A DNA stretch of 64,000 bases from Bacteroidales bacterium (GCA_016929525.1 JAFGIP010000045.1:9152-73151); one strand, 5' to 3'; positions 42,222 through 52,680 are shown, numbered from the stretch's first letter. Numbers and translations: made by a program. The notes: generated by a model not told the origin, from the sequence alone.

Positions 42222-43688
42222 ATGAATAATATTAAAGATCTGATTAACGTCAGAACGATTATCCATTTGCTGGGACTGGCCGTAATTTTTGAAAGTGGAT
42301 TCATGCTCATAGATCTGCTGATTTGTGTCATTTACGATATGAGCAGTTTTAAATCCATATTTCTTTCATTTATTATTACCTGCACTTCCGGGGTAATTCT
42401 GTTCTTTACAACCAGTAAGAATAATGGAAAGTATCCCACGCGAAAGGATAGTTATGTCCTGGTATTTTTAGCCTGGATATTTCTTTCTTTATTTGGAACA
42501 CTGCCATTTTTAATCAGCACTGCTATACCAAAATTCACCAATGCGTTATTTGAATCAGTTTCAGGATTTACGACAACCGGAGCTTCAATTTTAAATGACA
42601 TTGAAGCTATCCCAAGGGGGATACTTTTCTGGAGAAGCGAAACACACTGGATCGGAGGTATGGGAATAATACTGTTTATGCTTGCAATATTCCCGTTCTT
42701 TAAAAGCGGAGGTGTGCATCTGCTTAGTGCTGAAAGTTCTTCTGTAATCTTCGAGCGAATAAAACCCAAACTTATTGATACCATAAAACGCCTTTGGTTA
42801 ATATACCTGCTTCTTACAGTTATTGAAACAATATTTCTCCACATCGAAGGAATGGATGTTTTCGACAGCCTTTGTCATGCTTTTGGAACAGTGGCAACTG
42901 GCGGGTTTTCAACAAAGAATAACAGTATTGAAGGATTCTCAAAGTATATTCAGTATACAGTGCTCATTTTTATGATCCTGTCAGGGATAAATTTTACCCT
43001 TCACTATTTTCTGATAAAAAGAGAATTTAAAAAGTTCATAACAAACGAAGAATTAAAACTCTACTTTTCGATACTGGTTATTGCCGGAGTAATAGTTACA
43101 CTTAGCGAATCGGCCCAATAGCACCAACCCTTCGAGAACGTATTCAGAAAATCATTTTTCCAGGTTGGCTCTATTCTTACTACAACGGGATTTTCTACAG
43201 CGAATTATAATAGCTGGACACCTTTTTCCAAAGCCACAATATTACTTTTAATGCTGGTTGGCGGATGCGCTGGGTCTACCAGTGGAGGAATTAAGATCAT
43301 CAGAATTGCAATTGCCAGGAAAAATATAGCGCTTAGCTTCAGGAAAGCGTTTAATCCTAACATTATTGACAACGTTAAATATAACGGTAATGCTATTATC
43401 CGAAATGATATAAACAGAATAGTCGGCTACCTCATTATCTATCTTATTATTGTAACCTCAGGAATGCTTTTATTAATGCTGCTGGGATCAGATCTTCCTA
43501 CATCCGTGGGCAGCATAGCAACGTGTCTTGGAGGTGTAGGGCCCGGATTCGGGCTCACCGGACCTGCAGGCAATTATTTTCTTCTTTCCGGCATCACTAA
43601 ATATATACTTATGTTTTTTATGGTACTGGGCCGATTAGAGATCTTTACCGTACTGGTACTTTTTACATCATCATTCTGGAAATTTTGA
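42222..43688 (+). pseudogene. trkH: TrkH/KtrB-family potassium uptake protein interrupted by one in-frame TAG (43119-43121)
   Basis: ORFs 42222-43121 and 43251-43688 are in the same frame (1029 nt apart). The 129 nt between them also translate into TrkH-like sequence (HQPFENVFRKSFFQVGSILTTTGFSTANYNSW...). The total of ~487 codons equals a full-length TrkH. Confidence 0.85.
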
Positions 43689-43855
43689 TTTAAGCAAATT
43701 TCTTATCGGAAAAAGCATTTTGAATTTTTTTAGTTCGTTTTCATTCCAGACCTGATCCGAAATCCATATACCATGGTTCAAGTTTTTAACTTGGACCAGG
43801 TCTTATTTAATAATTTTTACTCAGCACAAGTCATAACTTGACCCGCCCGAGGCAG

Positions 43856-44002
43856 GAATCTTGCTCCGTGTTTGATAGAACTGCACTGCAATGTACACAC
43901 CCCCTGTTTCCCCCTCTCGAGGGTGGGAGGTATAACATTCCAATACTTTACGATCTTCGATGGGGGTGTGTACTATTCAACACCCTGGCACAGCGAGGAT
44001 TC
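43856..44002. ncRNA. Candidate structured RNA or inverted-repeat element (G+C-rich nested hairpins) between trkH and tex
   Basis: A 12-bp perfect inverted repeat, GTACACACCCCC (43893-43904) with GGGGGTGTGTAC (43962-43973). An inner stem-loop at 43907-43929. An outer pair, GAATCTT (43856-43862) with AGGATTC (43996-44002). The region is visibly G+C-richer than its surroundings. Identity and strand are unknown. Confidence 0.3.
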
Positions 44003-44110
44003 AATTCATCACTTCATCACTTCCTCAATAAATATCAACAGTTAAACGATTAAAAGATTACACAATAAAGAATTAGGCTCATATGACTTTACGCACCAGT
44101 GCAATTCCTT

Positions 44111-46240
44111 TTACTTCTCTGCCTCTTTAAGACTTAACTGTATTCTCTTTCTGGCCACATCTACCTCAAGTACTTTGACCTTCACATGCTGATTAAGCTG
44201 CACCACCTCATTCGGATCAGAAACAAACCTGTCGGCAAGCTGTGAAATATGCACAAGACCGTCCTGTTTGACGCCGATATCAACAAAAGCCCCAAAGTTG
44301 GTAATATTTGTTACTATACCCGGTATAACCATACCCGGTTGAACATCCTCTATTTTATATATGCCCTCGGCAAACTCAAAAACCTTAACTTTTGTTCGCG
44401 GATCACGTCCGGGTTTCACCAACTCATTCAAAATGTCTTTTAATGTTGGTATGCCAATCTTTCCTCCAACATACTGCTGAATATTTATCTTTTTCTGAAG
44501 ATCTTCATCAGCGATCATCTTATTGATATCGACCCCCATATCTTTTGCCATTTTATGGACAATATGATAGCTTTCAGGGTGAACTGCACTGTTATCGAGT
44601 GGATTTTTTGCATTACGGATACGCAAAAAACCCGCAGCCTGCTCAAAAGCCTTTGGTCCTAAGCATGGAACATTTTTCAAATCTTCTCTTGAAGTAAATG
44701 CACCATTCTCATTTCTGAAATCAACAATATTTTTTGCCATCTGCTGGCCTAATCCTGAAACATAAGTCAGCAGGTGCATACTGGCGGTATTAAGATCAAC
44801 GCCAACAGCATTGACACAGCTTTCTACAACTTCATCAAGAGAAGCTTTAAGTTTTCCCTGATCCACATCGTGCTGATACTGCCCCACTCCTATCGATTTC
44901 GGGTCGATCTTAACAAGTTCTGCCAACGGGTCCATCAGTCGTCTGCCAATTGACACTGCTCCGCGAACTGTTACATCGTACTGAGGAAATTCCTCGCGTG
45001 CTATCTTCGATGCAGAATATATTGAAGCTCCTGCTTCGTTCACAACAAAAACCTGAAGATCGCGATCGAAACGCATTTTTTTAACAAATCGTTCTGTTTC
45101 TCTGCTGGCTGTTCCATTACCAATTGCAATTGCTTCGATCTTGTACATCTGTACCAGGCTCGATAGTTTATGTGCCGATTTTTTGGTATCACTTTGTGGC
45201 GGATGAGGAAAAATGGTTTCGTTGTGTAACAGAGTTCCTAATTCATCTATACACACCACCTTACATCCTGTTCTGTATCCCGGATCAATGGCAAGTATGC
45301 GCTTCTCTCCAAGCGGCGATGCCATAAGCAGCTGACGTAAATTCCCGGCAAATACCCTGATTGCTTCCTCATCGGCTTTTTCTTTGGAGAGGGCCCTGAA
45401 CTCATTTTCAATAGAAGGATGAAGCAGTCGTTTATAGCTATCCTGCACTGCCATACGTACCTGTTGCGAAACATCATACACACCATGAACGAACAAATCT
45501 TCCAGTGCCTCCAGTACTTTCTCATCATCGGGTTCAATCGATAATTTTAAAATACCCTCATCCTCTCCCCTTCGCATAGCCAGAATTCTGTGCGACGGGC
45601 ATCGTGAAAGTTCTTCTTTATATTCAAAATAGTCGGTATATTTTACGCCTTCTTCTTTTTTACCCTTTACCAGTGATGATATAATTACAGCACTTCGCTC
45701 AAAGTGATGCCTTACTAACGAGCGTGCCCGTTTGTTTTCATTGATCCATTCCGAAACTATATCACGTGCGCCTTCCAGGGCAGATTCTCCATCAGGTACC
45801 TCATCATTAATAAATGCAGCTGCCTTACCGTAAATATCCATCTCTTTCTGTTTCATCAGAATCGCAGCAAGCGGTTCCAGACCTTTATCTCGCGCAACAG
45901 TTGCACGGGTTTTTCTTTTTGGCTTATAGGGTAAATACAGATCTTCAAGCTCTGTAAGCGATTCAGCTGCTTCGATTTTGGTTTTTAGTTCCGGGGTAAG
46001 TTTATCCTGATCCTCAATTGTTTTTAAAATGGTCTCCCTGCGTTTATCAATTTCAATAAGCTTATTCATTAAATCCCTGACATCCGATACCTGCACCTCA
46101 TCCATGCTTTCGGTCATCTCCTTACGGTACCTGCTTATAAATGGAATTGTTGCACCATCGTTCAACAGAGTAATGACATTTTTTACATATTTTTCTTCCA
46201 GTTGTAGCTGACTGCTTATTTTCACAGCATAATCCCTCAT
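44111..46240 (-). CDS. tex: Tex (YhgF)-like transcription accessory protein with C-terminal S1 RNA-binding domain
   Basis: N-terminal Tex signature (VKNVITLLNDGATIPFISRYRKE), a YqgF/RuvC-like centre, HhH motifs, and a C-terminal S1 domain (GIVTNITNFGAFVDIGVKQDGLVHISQL). Confidence 0.95.
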   Translation of the reverse strand: MRDYAVKISSQLQLEEKYVKNVITLLNDGATIPFISRYRKEMTESMDEVQVSDVRDLMNKLIEIDKRRETILKTIEDQDKLTPELKTKIEAAESLTELEDLYLPYKPKRKTRATVARDKGLEPLAAILMKQKEMDIYGKAAAFINDEVPDGESALEGARDIVSEWINENKRARSLVRHHFERSAVIISSLVKGKKEEGVKYTDYFEYKEELSRCPSHRILAMRRGEDEGILKLSIEPDDEKVLEALEDLFVHGVYDVSQQVRMAVQDSYKRLLHPSIENEFRALSKEKADEEAIRVFAGNLRQLLMASPLGEKRILAIDPGYRTGCKVVCIDELGTLLHNETIFPHPPQSDTKKSAHKLSSLVQMYKIEAIAIGNGTASRETERFVKKMRFDRDLQVFVVNEAGASIYSASKIAREEFPQYDVTVRGAVSIGRRLMDPLAELVKIDPKSIGVGQYQHDVDQGKLKASLDEVVESCVNAVGVDLNTASMHLLTYVSGLGQQMAKNIVDFRNENGAFTSREDLKNVPCLGPKAFEQAAGFLRIRNAKNPLDNSAVHPESYHIVHKMAKDMGVDINKMIADEDLQKKINIQQYVGGKIGIPTLKDILNELVKPGRDPRTKVKVFEFAEGIYKIEDVQPGMVIPGIVTNITNFGAFVDIGVKQDGLVHISQLADRFVSDPNEVVQLNQHVKVKVLEVDVARKRIQLSLKEAEK

Positions 46241-46469
46241 AGTGCCTTCGATTTTTTAACAGAGCACAAAAGTATTGATAAAAACAGGTTTTTCAACCCA
46301 TTGTTGACAACTCCTTTCATAATAACATAATACTATTTTTTATATATCTACATATATCTAGATTATTAAATATTTTTCTTTTTAAAATTTACTTTTTAAT
46401 TTTTTTTTAAATGTTCTTGACTTTTAATGATATTTTTAATAATCTTGTTCGCTCAAAGAAAAATTTTTC

Positions 46470-47681
46470 ATGGAACTGTGGGAATCCGATATTAACCAAA
46501 AGTACGCAGGTAAGGACTTAAGAAAGATCCTTCAGAAGAAACGTATAATCAGGTACCTGCACAACAAGGGTCCACAGTCCAATGCATATCTAGCAAAAAA
46601 ACTTAATATCAGTGTTCCTACAATTCAAACCATACTTAACGAGCTTATTGAAAATGAGCTTGTAGAAGAACAAGGGCAGGGAGACAGCAGTGGCGGCAGA
46701 CGTCCTAATATTTATGGTCTGGCTGATAAATCGTTTTATACCATGGGCATCGATATCGGGAGATATACTACTCGCATTGCTATATATAATCACCTGAATG
46801 AAAATATTACCGGTACTCAGATCCTGAATCAAACCCTGGAAAGCAGTCTGGAATTTGTTGATCAGACTGCCAGCTTTGCACTGAAGCTTATCAGCGAAAA
46901 TAAAATCAGTTCTGAAAAGATCATTGGTATCGGTATTAATATGCCGGGATTGATCGATTCCGACTTAGGTATTAATTATACATATCTGAATTTCGAAAAA
47001 CCCATCAGAGAAATATTTGAAGAAAAGCTCGGTGTAAGAATCTTTATTGAGAACGATGCCCGTGCACGGGCATTGGCTGAACTTAAATTCGGAGTTGCAA
47101 AAGGCCATTCCAATGTACTTGTTCTTCATGTTGACTGGGGCGTTGGTCTGGGCATGATCCTCAATGGAAGACTTTATCGGGGATCTTCAGGTTTTTCGGG
47201 AGAATTCAGTCATATACCAATAATCGACCAGGGAGCACTCTGCAACTGTGGTAAACACGGCTGTCTTGAAACCATAGCTTCAGGAATGGCACTGGCAAAA
47301 AGAGTAGAGGAAGGCATTGCTGCAGGAAATGAATCGATGCTGAAGAATTTGAATGCAGACAATCATAAATATACCCTTGAAACCATTATTGATGCAGCTA
47401 ACAGTGGCGATCACTTTACCATAAGTCTTATTTCCAATATGGCCCAGTACCTTGGAAAAGGCATTGCCACACTTGTACAAATTCTCAACCCCGAACTGAT
47501 CATCTTGGGGGGAAGAGTATCTAAAGCCAACGAATATTTAATAACACCCATAAAACAAGCTCTATACCTCTATTGTATTCCTAAACTCCGCGAAAATACC
47601 GATATCATAATATCGGAATTTGATAAAGAGGCAGGAGTTCTGGGTGCAATTGCTGTTGTTACCGAACGGATTTTTGAATAA
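46470..47681 (+). CDS. ROK-family transcriptional regulator (NagC/Mlc-like)
   Basis: N-terminal winged HTH (NAYLAKKLNISVPTIQTILNELIENELV) plus a ROK sugar-binding domain with the zinc motif CNCGKHGCLE. Confidence 0.85.
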   Translation: MELWESDINQKYAGKDLRKILQKKRIIRYLHNKGPQSNAYLAKKLNISVPTIQTILNELIENELVEEQGQGDSSGGRRPNIYGLADKSFYTMGIDIGRYTTRIAIYNHLNENITGTQILNQTLESSLEFVDQTASFALKLISENKISSEKIIGIGINMPGLIDSDLGINYTYLNFEKPIREIFEEKLGVRIFIENDARARALAELKFGVAKGHSNVLVLHVDWGVGLGMILNGRLYRGSSGFSGEFSHIPIIDQGALCNCGKHGCLETIASGMALAKRVEEGIAAGNESMLKNLNADNHKYTLETIIDAANSGDHFTISLISNMAQYLGKGIATLVQILNPELIILGGRVSKANEYLITPIKQALYLYCIPKLRENTDIIISEFDKEAGVLGAIAVVTERIFE

Positions 47682-47888
47682 AAACTAACATTTATTAACC
47701 CTAAAACTAATACAACCTGCGAATGAAGAAACCAGCTCATATCCACTAATTAAAGAAAAGCTCCCTTTTTATAAAACGGGAAATAAAATTTTAAAACGGT
47801 TTACTGGCAGTAAAGCTGCTATTAGCCACATGTCAATAATATGTATCACCAGATATTTAAATTTTTAACACTATTAAACCCTAGAAGA

Positions 47889-50800
47889 ATGAAAAAGAAT
47901 CTATTATTAGCTTTCATGCTCATCTTTGCATTTGAAAGCTTCTTGTTCTCGCAAGAAAAAACCATTACCGGTAAGGTGACTTCGATGGAAGACGAATCAC
48001 CTCTGCCGGGTGTAAACATTGTGCTAAAAGGAACCAATGTTGGAACTATCACTGATGTTTCAGGTGAATATACCATTATGGTTCCTGAAAGCGGAGCCGT
48101 GCTGAGCTTCTCTTTTGTCGGATATTTATCTGAGGAAGTAGAAGTTGGTACAAAATTTACGATTGACGTCGGACTTACTCCTGATATTTTAGGGCTTGAA
48201 GAGGTAGTAGTTACAGCTTTGGGTATCCAAAAAAAGGCTATTGGCCTTTCCTATTCTACGCAAGATGTAGATGGAGAAGAATTAACACAGGCAAAAGAAG
48301 TAAATATGATAAATTCGCTTGCTGGCAAAGCTGCCGGTGTAAGTATTTCCAGAAGTGCATCAGGAGTTGGAGGTTCATCCAGAGTAATTATAAGAGGTAA
48401 TAAATCAATTACTTCATTAAACCAACCTCTTTATGTTATTGATGGTATACCAATGAATACTTCTACCTTAGGTCAACCGATCGAATTTTATTATGCAGTT
48501 GACAATGGTGATGCGGTATCTAATTTAAACCCTGAAGATATTGAAAGTATCAATGTTCTTCGCGGAGCTGCAGCTTCAGCACTATATGGCAGTCAGGCTG
48601 CAAACGGAGTAATTTTAATTACAACTAAAAAAGGTACAAAAGGAGAACCAAAATTTGAATTTTCATCAACTGCATCATGGGAAAATCCATTAATGCTGCC
48701 GGAACTCCAGGACACTTATGGACCTGTAGACCCTGAAAACTCAGTATCTACGTGGGGTAACGCTGATAATGGTTCAAGCAGTTCACATGTAAAGGACTTT
48801 TTTGAAACTGGTTCTAATTATATTAATAGTCTTTCTGTTACATCAGGAAATGAACTTGGTAGTTTTTACGCTTCATACGCAAATACAAGTTCAAAAGGTA
48901 TTGTTCCAGAAAATACAATGCAAAAGAACAATTTTACGGTAACGGGATCAACTAAAGCCTATGATAAGCTTACTATTGAGGCAGGAGCAAATTTCATAAA
49001 TCAAAAAATTGAAAACAAGCCATATCTGGGTACATATTACAATCCTGTGTTGTCTACATATCTTTTTACAGAGACTGCAGAACAGTTCGAATACTATCGG
49101 GATAATTATGAGGTATTCGATCCGGTAAGAAATATGTACGTACAGAACTACCCTACTGCACATATTAACCAAGTATTCACTACCGATAACCCATACTGGC
49201 TTACAAATAAAAACTACAACGAAAGTTTAAGGAACAGGGGGATTTTCAACTTTAAAGCAAAACTTGAAATAACTGAAGATTTGAGTTTACAAGGTCGTAT
49301 TAATTATGATCGCGTCAGTGATAAATTCGAGCATCGCGTATATGCTACAAGTTCTAACGTTGTTAACCAGGATAACGGGGAATATTTTACACGAAGCCAG
49401 ATAGCAACTCAAATGTATTCTGACATACTCCTGTCTTATAATAAGATCTTTTCTGACATGGTTTCTGTAGATGCAACAGCTGGGTTCAGTAATACATATA
49501 GTACAAGTTATGCAAACCTGTTTAATTCAATTTCAACTGGTTCAAGTCTTTATTTTGCAAACCTTTTTAATGTGCGCAATCTGGAACCAGGATTTGAAAA
49601 ATATGAAACAGAATCAGAAGTTTTATCACAAGCACTATTTGGAACGGCTCTTATTGGTTTTAAAAACCTTGTTTTTGTTGATCTCACTGGGCGTAGCGAG
49701 TGGTCATCAACTTTGTCAGATCCAAATAAACCATATTTTTATCCTTCTGCAGGTTTGACATTTGTTGTATCCGAACTAACCGGCACAAATAACATTTTCA
49801 ATTTTGGCAAAGCCAGATTCTCATATAGTGAAGTTGGTAATGCGTTGCCATTTGGATATGCTAACATGAATCAACCATATACACAAGGATTCGATGGATC
49901 TGCAGTTGCACCGACAGTAATGCCTTTAAGCGAATTAGAACCTGAAAGAACCAGTTCAATTGAACTTGGAGCCGATGTAATTCTGTTTAACAATAGTGTA
50001 AATCTTGATTTTACATATTATAGCAATACAATTAAAAATCAGGTATTCCAGGTTATTGCTCCCGTTGGTTTTCCAACAGCAAATGCATATATAAACGGTG
50101 GAGAAATAAAAAACAGTGGTATAGAAGCAGTTATAGGTTACAAGGCAGTAGTTGGTTCAGATTTCAAATATGAGACTTCATTTAATTTTGCAAAAAATAA
50201 AAATGAGGTAATAGATATTGACGATAGTCTAGCAAATAATTATTATGTTGTAACACCATATATAGCAGGCAGAATTGCCGAAATAAGAGTAGCAGAAGGA
50301 GGATCATATGGAGATTTTTATGGACTTGATCTGGCACGTGAAGAAAATGGAGACCTGCTACTTAATGAATCTGGTGCGCCTGTACCGACTGGTACTGATT
50401 CTTTACTTTACATGGGAAATCCAAATCCCGACTGGCAACTTGGATGGTCTAACACTTTTACATATAAAAATTTATCGTTAAAGATACTTATAGACGGAAA
50501 ATTTGGAGGTGAAGTTATTTCAATAACTGAATCGGTACTGGATGCTAATGGCAGAAGTTTGCGATCAGGTGAAGCTAGAGATGCGGGTGGTGTAGTATTC
50601 GAAGGACAAACTTTTGATACAGAGTTATGGTACACAAATACTGGAGGTTTAAGTGGAGTAACTTCACAATATGTCTATGATGCTACAAATATAAGGTTGA
50701 GAGAAGTAGTACTTAGTTATACAATACCAGGTTTATTTGGCAATGCAATTGATAAAGTTACTATATCCGCCTTTGGTAGAAATCTGTTCTTCTTTAAAAA

Positions 50801-50918
50801 CGATGCTCCCTTCGATCCGGAAAGTACAGCAACTACCGGAAACGGGCTCCAGGGAATTCATATGTTTGGAATACCCACCACAAGGTCTTTCGGATTTAAT
50901 CTTAAGGTAACTTTCTAA
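47889..50918 (+). CDS. SusC/RagA-family TonB-dependent outer-membrane transporter
   Basis: Signal peptide, a carboxypeptidase-regulatory-like domain (ITGKVTSMEDESPLPGVNIVLKGTNVGTITDVSGEYTI), plug, a large beta-barrel, and a C-terminal ...FNLKVTF. The longest ORF starts at 47841. Confidence 0.9.
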   Translation: MKKNLLLAFMLIFAFESFLFSQEKTITGKVTSMEDESPLPGVNIVLKGTNVGTITDVSGEYTIMVPESGAVLSFSFVGYLSEEVEVGTKFTIDVGLTPDILGLEEVVVTALGIQKKAIGLSYSTQDVDGEELTQAKEVNMINSLAGKAAGVSISRSASGVGGSSRVIIRGNKSITSLNQPLYVIDGIPMNTSTLGQPIEFYYAVDNGDAVSNLNPEDIESINVLRGAAASALYGSQAANGVILITTKKGTKGEPKFEFSSTASWENPLMLPELQDTYGPVDPENSVSTWGNADNGSSSSHVKDFFETGSNYINSLSVTSGNELGSFYASYANTSSKGIVPENTMQKNNFTVTGSTKAYDKLTIEAGANFINQKIENKPYLGTYYNPVLSTYLFTETAEQFEYYRDNYEVFDPVRNMYVQNYPTAHINQVFTTDNPYWLTNKNYNESLRNRGIFNFKAKLEITEDLSLQGRINYDRVSDKFEHRVYATSSNVVNQDNGEYFTRSQIATQMYSDILLSYNKIFSDMVSVDATAGFSNTYSTSYANLFNSISTGSSLYFANLFNVRNLEPGFEKYETESEVLSQALFGTALIGFKNLVFVDLTGRSEWSSTLSDPNKPYFYPSAGLTFVVSELTGTNNIFNFGKARFSYSEVGNALPFGYANMNQPYTQGFDGSAVAPTVMPLSELEPERTSSIELGADVILFNNSVNLDFTYYSNTIKNQVFQVIAPVGFPTANAYINGGEIKNSGIEAVIGYKAVVGSDFKYETSFNFAKNKNEVIDIDDSLANNYYVVTPYIAGRIAEIRVAEGGSYGDFYGLDLAREENGDLLLNESGAPVPTGTDSLLYMGNPNPDWQLGWSNTFTYKNLSLKILIDGKFGGEVISITESVLDANGRSLRSGEARDAGGVVFEGQTFDTELWYTNTGGLSGVTSQYVYDATNIRLREVVLSYTIPGLFGNAIDKVTISAFGRNLFFFKNDAPFDPESTATTGNGLQGIHMFGIPTTRSFGFNLKVTF

Positions 50919-50945
50919 TTTTTAACTCAATAATTTAGAAACGTC

Positions 50946-52514
50946 ATGAAAGTAATTTATAAAAATATATGTATGGTGGCACTGCCACTGATATTCACCA
51001 TTGGTTGTACAGAAAGAATGGAAGATATGAATGTGGATCCAAGAGGATTCCAAGAAAGTGACCTGTACGCTGATTTTCAGAATGTAAAATCATTTATTCC
51101 TACATTAGAAAACAACATTAATGAAGTCACAACTTCATGGATGTACCAGGTACAACAGAATCTGAATGCAGATCTGTTCTCTGGATATATGATGAGTGCA
51201 AACTTTTTCGGAAGGGCAAGCGATAACTCAAATTACAACCTTGTTGATGGTTGGAATGGATTTATTGCCAGTGTTCCTCAAACTACATTGTCCACAATGC
51301 TGCAGTTTGAAGAAGAATTACAAACATTAGCTGTATCTGGTGATTATCTTTCTGTAGGTTTGATCATTAAAGTAATATCGGTTCACAGGATGATAGATGC
51401 TTTTGGCCCTTACCCATACACAAGATATGGGGAAGGTACTGATGTAGCGTGGGATGACATTCCGGATATTTATGATGCCTTCTTTGAAGAACTTGATTTT
51501 GCTATTGACACTTTATCTTCATATATCGGAACCGATTTTGAGAACAGAATTGGTGATGCTGATATTTCAACATTTGAAGGGAATTATATTAAGTGGATTA
51601 AACTGGCAAATACAATGAAACTACGTCTAGCAATGCGCATTTCATTAGTAGACCCTGCAACTGCACAGGAAAAAGCAGAGGAGGCTGCTAATCATGAATA
51701 TGGAGTTCTAGAGCAAGCAGATGGTATTTTTGCTATCAATCATAATTTCTCTCATCCGCTTTGGACTATTAGTCAGTCCTGGAAAGATATCCAGATGGGA
51801 TCAGATATGGAATCGTTTTTAAGTGGTTTTGCTGATCCTAGGATTGGAGAATTTTTCACACCAGCTGCTGACCCTGTTGTTGCAGGACAGTATAAAGGAA
51901 TCCGACAAGGAATTCTAAGAGATGATAAAAGTGTTTACCAGGATTACTCAGGAATAAACTTTAGACAAAGTTCACCCGTAGTAATAATAACTGCAGCAGA
52001 AAGTTATTTCCTGAGAGCTGAAGCTGCATTAAATGGATGGGATATGGGAGATACGGACGCTCAGACCCTGTATGAAGATGGTGTTAAAGCTTCCTTTAGC
52101 CAATATGGTTTGGGAGGTGCAGATGCTTATCTTACAAGTAGTCTAACTCCAGAAGATTATACAGATCCTAAAAACTCTGATTATGACTATAGTGCAATAA
52201 CTACAGTTACGCCGAACTGGGCGGATGCCGCCACAGATGAGGAAAGACTTGAAAAGATCATAACTCAGAAATGGATTGCTATCTTCCCGGATGGTGCGGA
52301 AGCCTGGGCAGAATTTAGGAGAACCGGTTATCCACAACTACAACCTATTTACAGTAATCAAAGTACTGAAATACCCATAGGTGAATTTATAAAAAGGATA
52401 CCTTATCCTAGTATTATTACTTCAGCGAGTGCCAATGCATATTCAAACGCTATAAATTCATTTTTAGGTGGTATTGATAGTCCGAATACAAGATTATGGT
52501 GGGATGTAGATTAG
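50946..52514 (+). CDS. SusD/RagB-family nutrient-binding outer-membrane lipoprotein
   Basis: It lies immediately downstream of the SusC-like gene and has a lipoprotein signal (LPLIFTIGC). Its TPR-like helical sequence includes AEAWAEFRRTGYP, typical of SusD-like proteins. Confidence 0.9.
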   Translation: MKVIYKNICMVALPLIFTIGCTERMEDMNVDPRGFQESDLYADFQNVKSFIPTLENNINEVTTSWMYQVQQNLNADLFSGYMMSANFFGRASDNSNYNLVDGWNGFIASVPQTTLSTMLQFEEELQTLAVSGDYLSVGLIIKVISVHRMIDAFGPYPYTRYGEGTDVAWDDIPDIYDAFFEELDFAIDTLSSYIGTDFENRIGDADISTFEGNYIKWIKLANTMKLRLAMRISLVDPATAQEKAEEAANHEYGVLEQADGIFAINHNFSHPLWTISQSWKDIQMGSDMESFLSGFADPRIGEFFTPAADPVVAGQYKGIRQGILRDDKSVYQDYSGINFRQSSPVVIITAAESYFLRAEAALNGWDMGDTDAQTLYEDGVKASFSQYGLGGADAYLTSSLTPEDYTDPKNSDYDYSAITTVTPNWADAATDEERLEKIITQKWIAIFPDGAEAWAEFRRTGYPQLQPIYSNQSTEIPIGEFIKRIPYPSIITSASANAYSNAINSFLGGIDSPNTRLWWDVD

Positions 52515-52541
52515 ATTAGGTTAGGGCTGATTTAGTTCCCT

Positions 52542-52624
52542 AAGGGCTGCAGATTTAGACATATTAGGTTAACAAAACTTTAACGGGTTCAGGTATTACG
52601 TAATGTCTGACATTTGCAGCCCTT
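52542..52624 (+). promoter_or_regulatory. Long intergenic stem-loop between the SusD-like and NagB-like genes
   Basis: AAGGGCTGCA (52542-52551) pairs perfectly with TGCAGCCCTT (52615-52624). An inner pair, AGACAT with ATGTCT, extends the stem. Confidence 0.35.
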
Positions 52625-52680
52625 CACACTTAACAGTTGTTTGAAGGTTAGAAGTTTTTAGTAATATTTATAAGGAGAAA

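Noticed and set aside
43119-43121. Genome-wide reassignment of TAG (alternative genetic code) as the explanation for the in-frame TAG in trkH
   Set aside because: TAG terminates gyrB (11934), the AlkD-like gene (9956) and the RAYT-type gene (38744) at positions matching normal protein C-termini. TAG is therefore a functional stop codon here.
43838-44053. 71-aa ORF (TTG start) over the G+C-rich island
   Set aside because: It coincides exactly with nested inverted repeats, so both arms are translated. It lies between two convergent gene ends and has no protein-like features. It is better explained as a structured RNA or DNA element.
43689-44110. Known RNA classes in the trkH-tex gap: c-di-AMP (ydaO-type) riboswitch because of the potassium-transporter neighbour, tRNA (GGTTCAAGT at about 43768), tmRNA, RNase P, SRP RNA
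   Set aside because: The element lies downstream of trkH, not upstream. I could not find the conserved ydaO motifs (such as ACCCGAACCCG..CAGCTAACC), a cloverleaf with a T-loop GTTCGAATC-type sequence and acceptor stem, a tmRNA 5' GGGG/3' CCACCA end, the RNase P GAGGAAAGTCC motif, or the SRP GGAAGCAGCC motif. This was checked by eye only.
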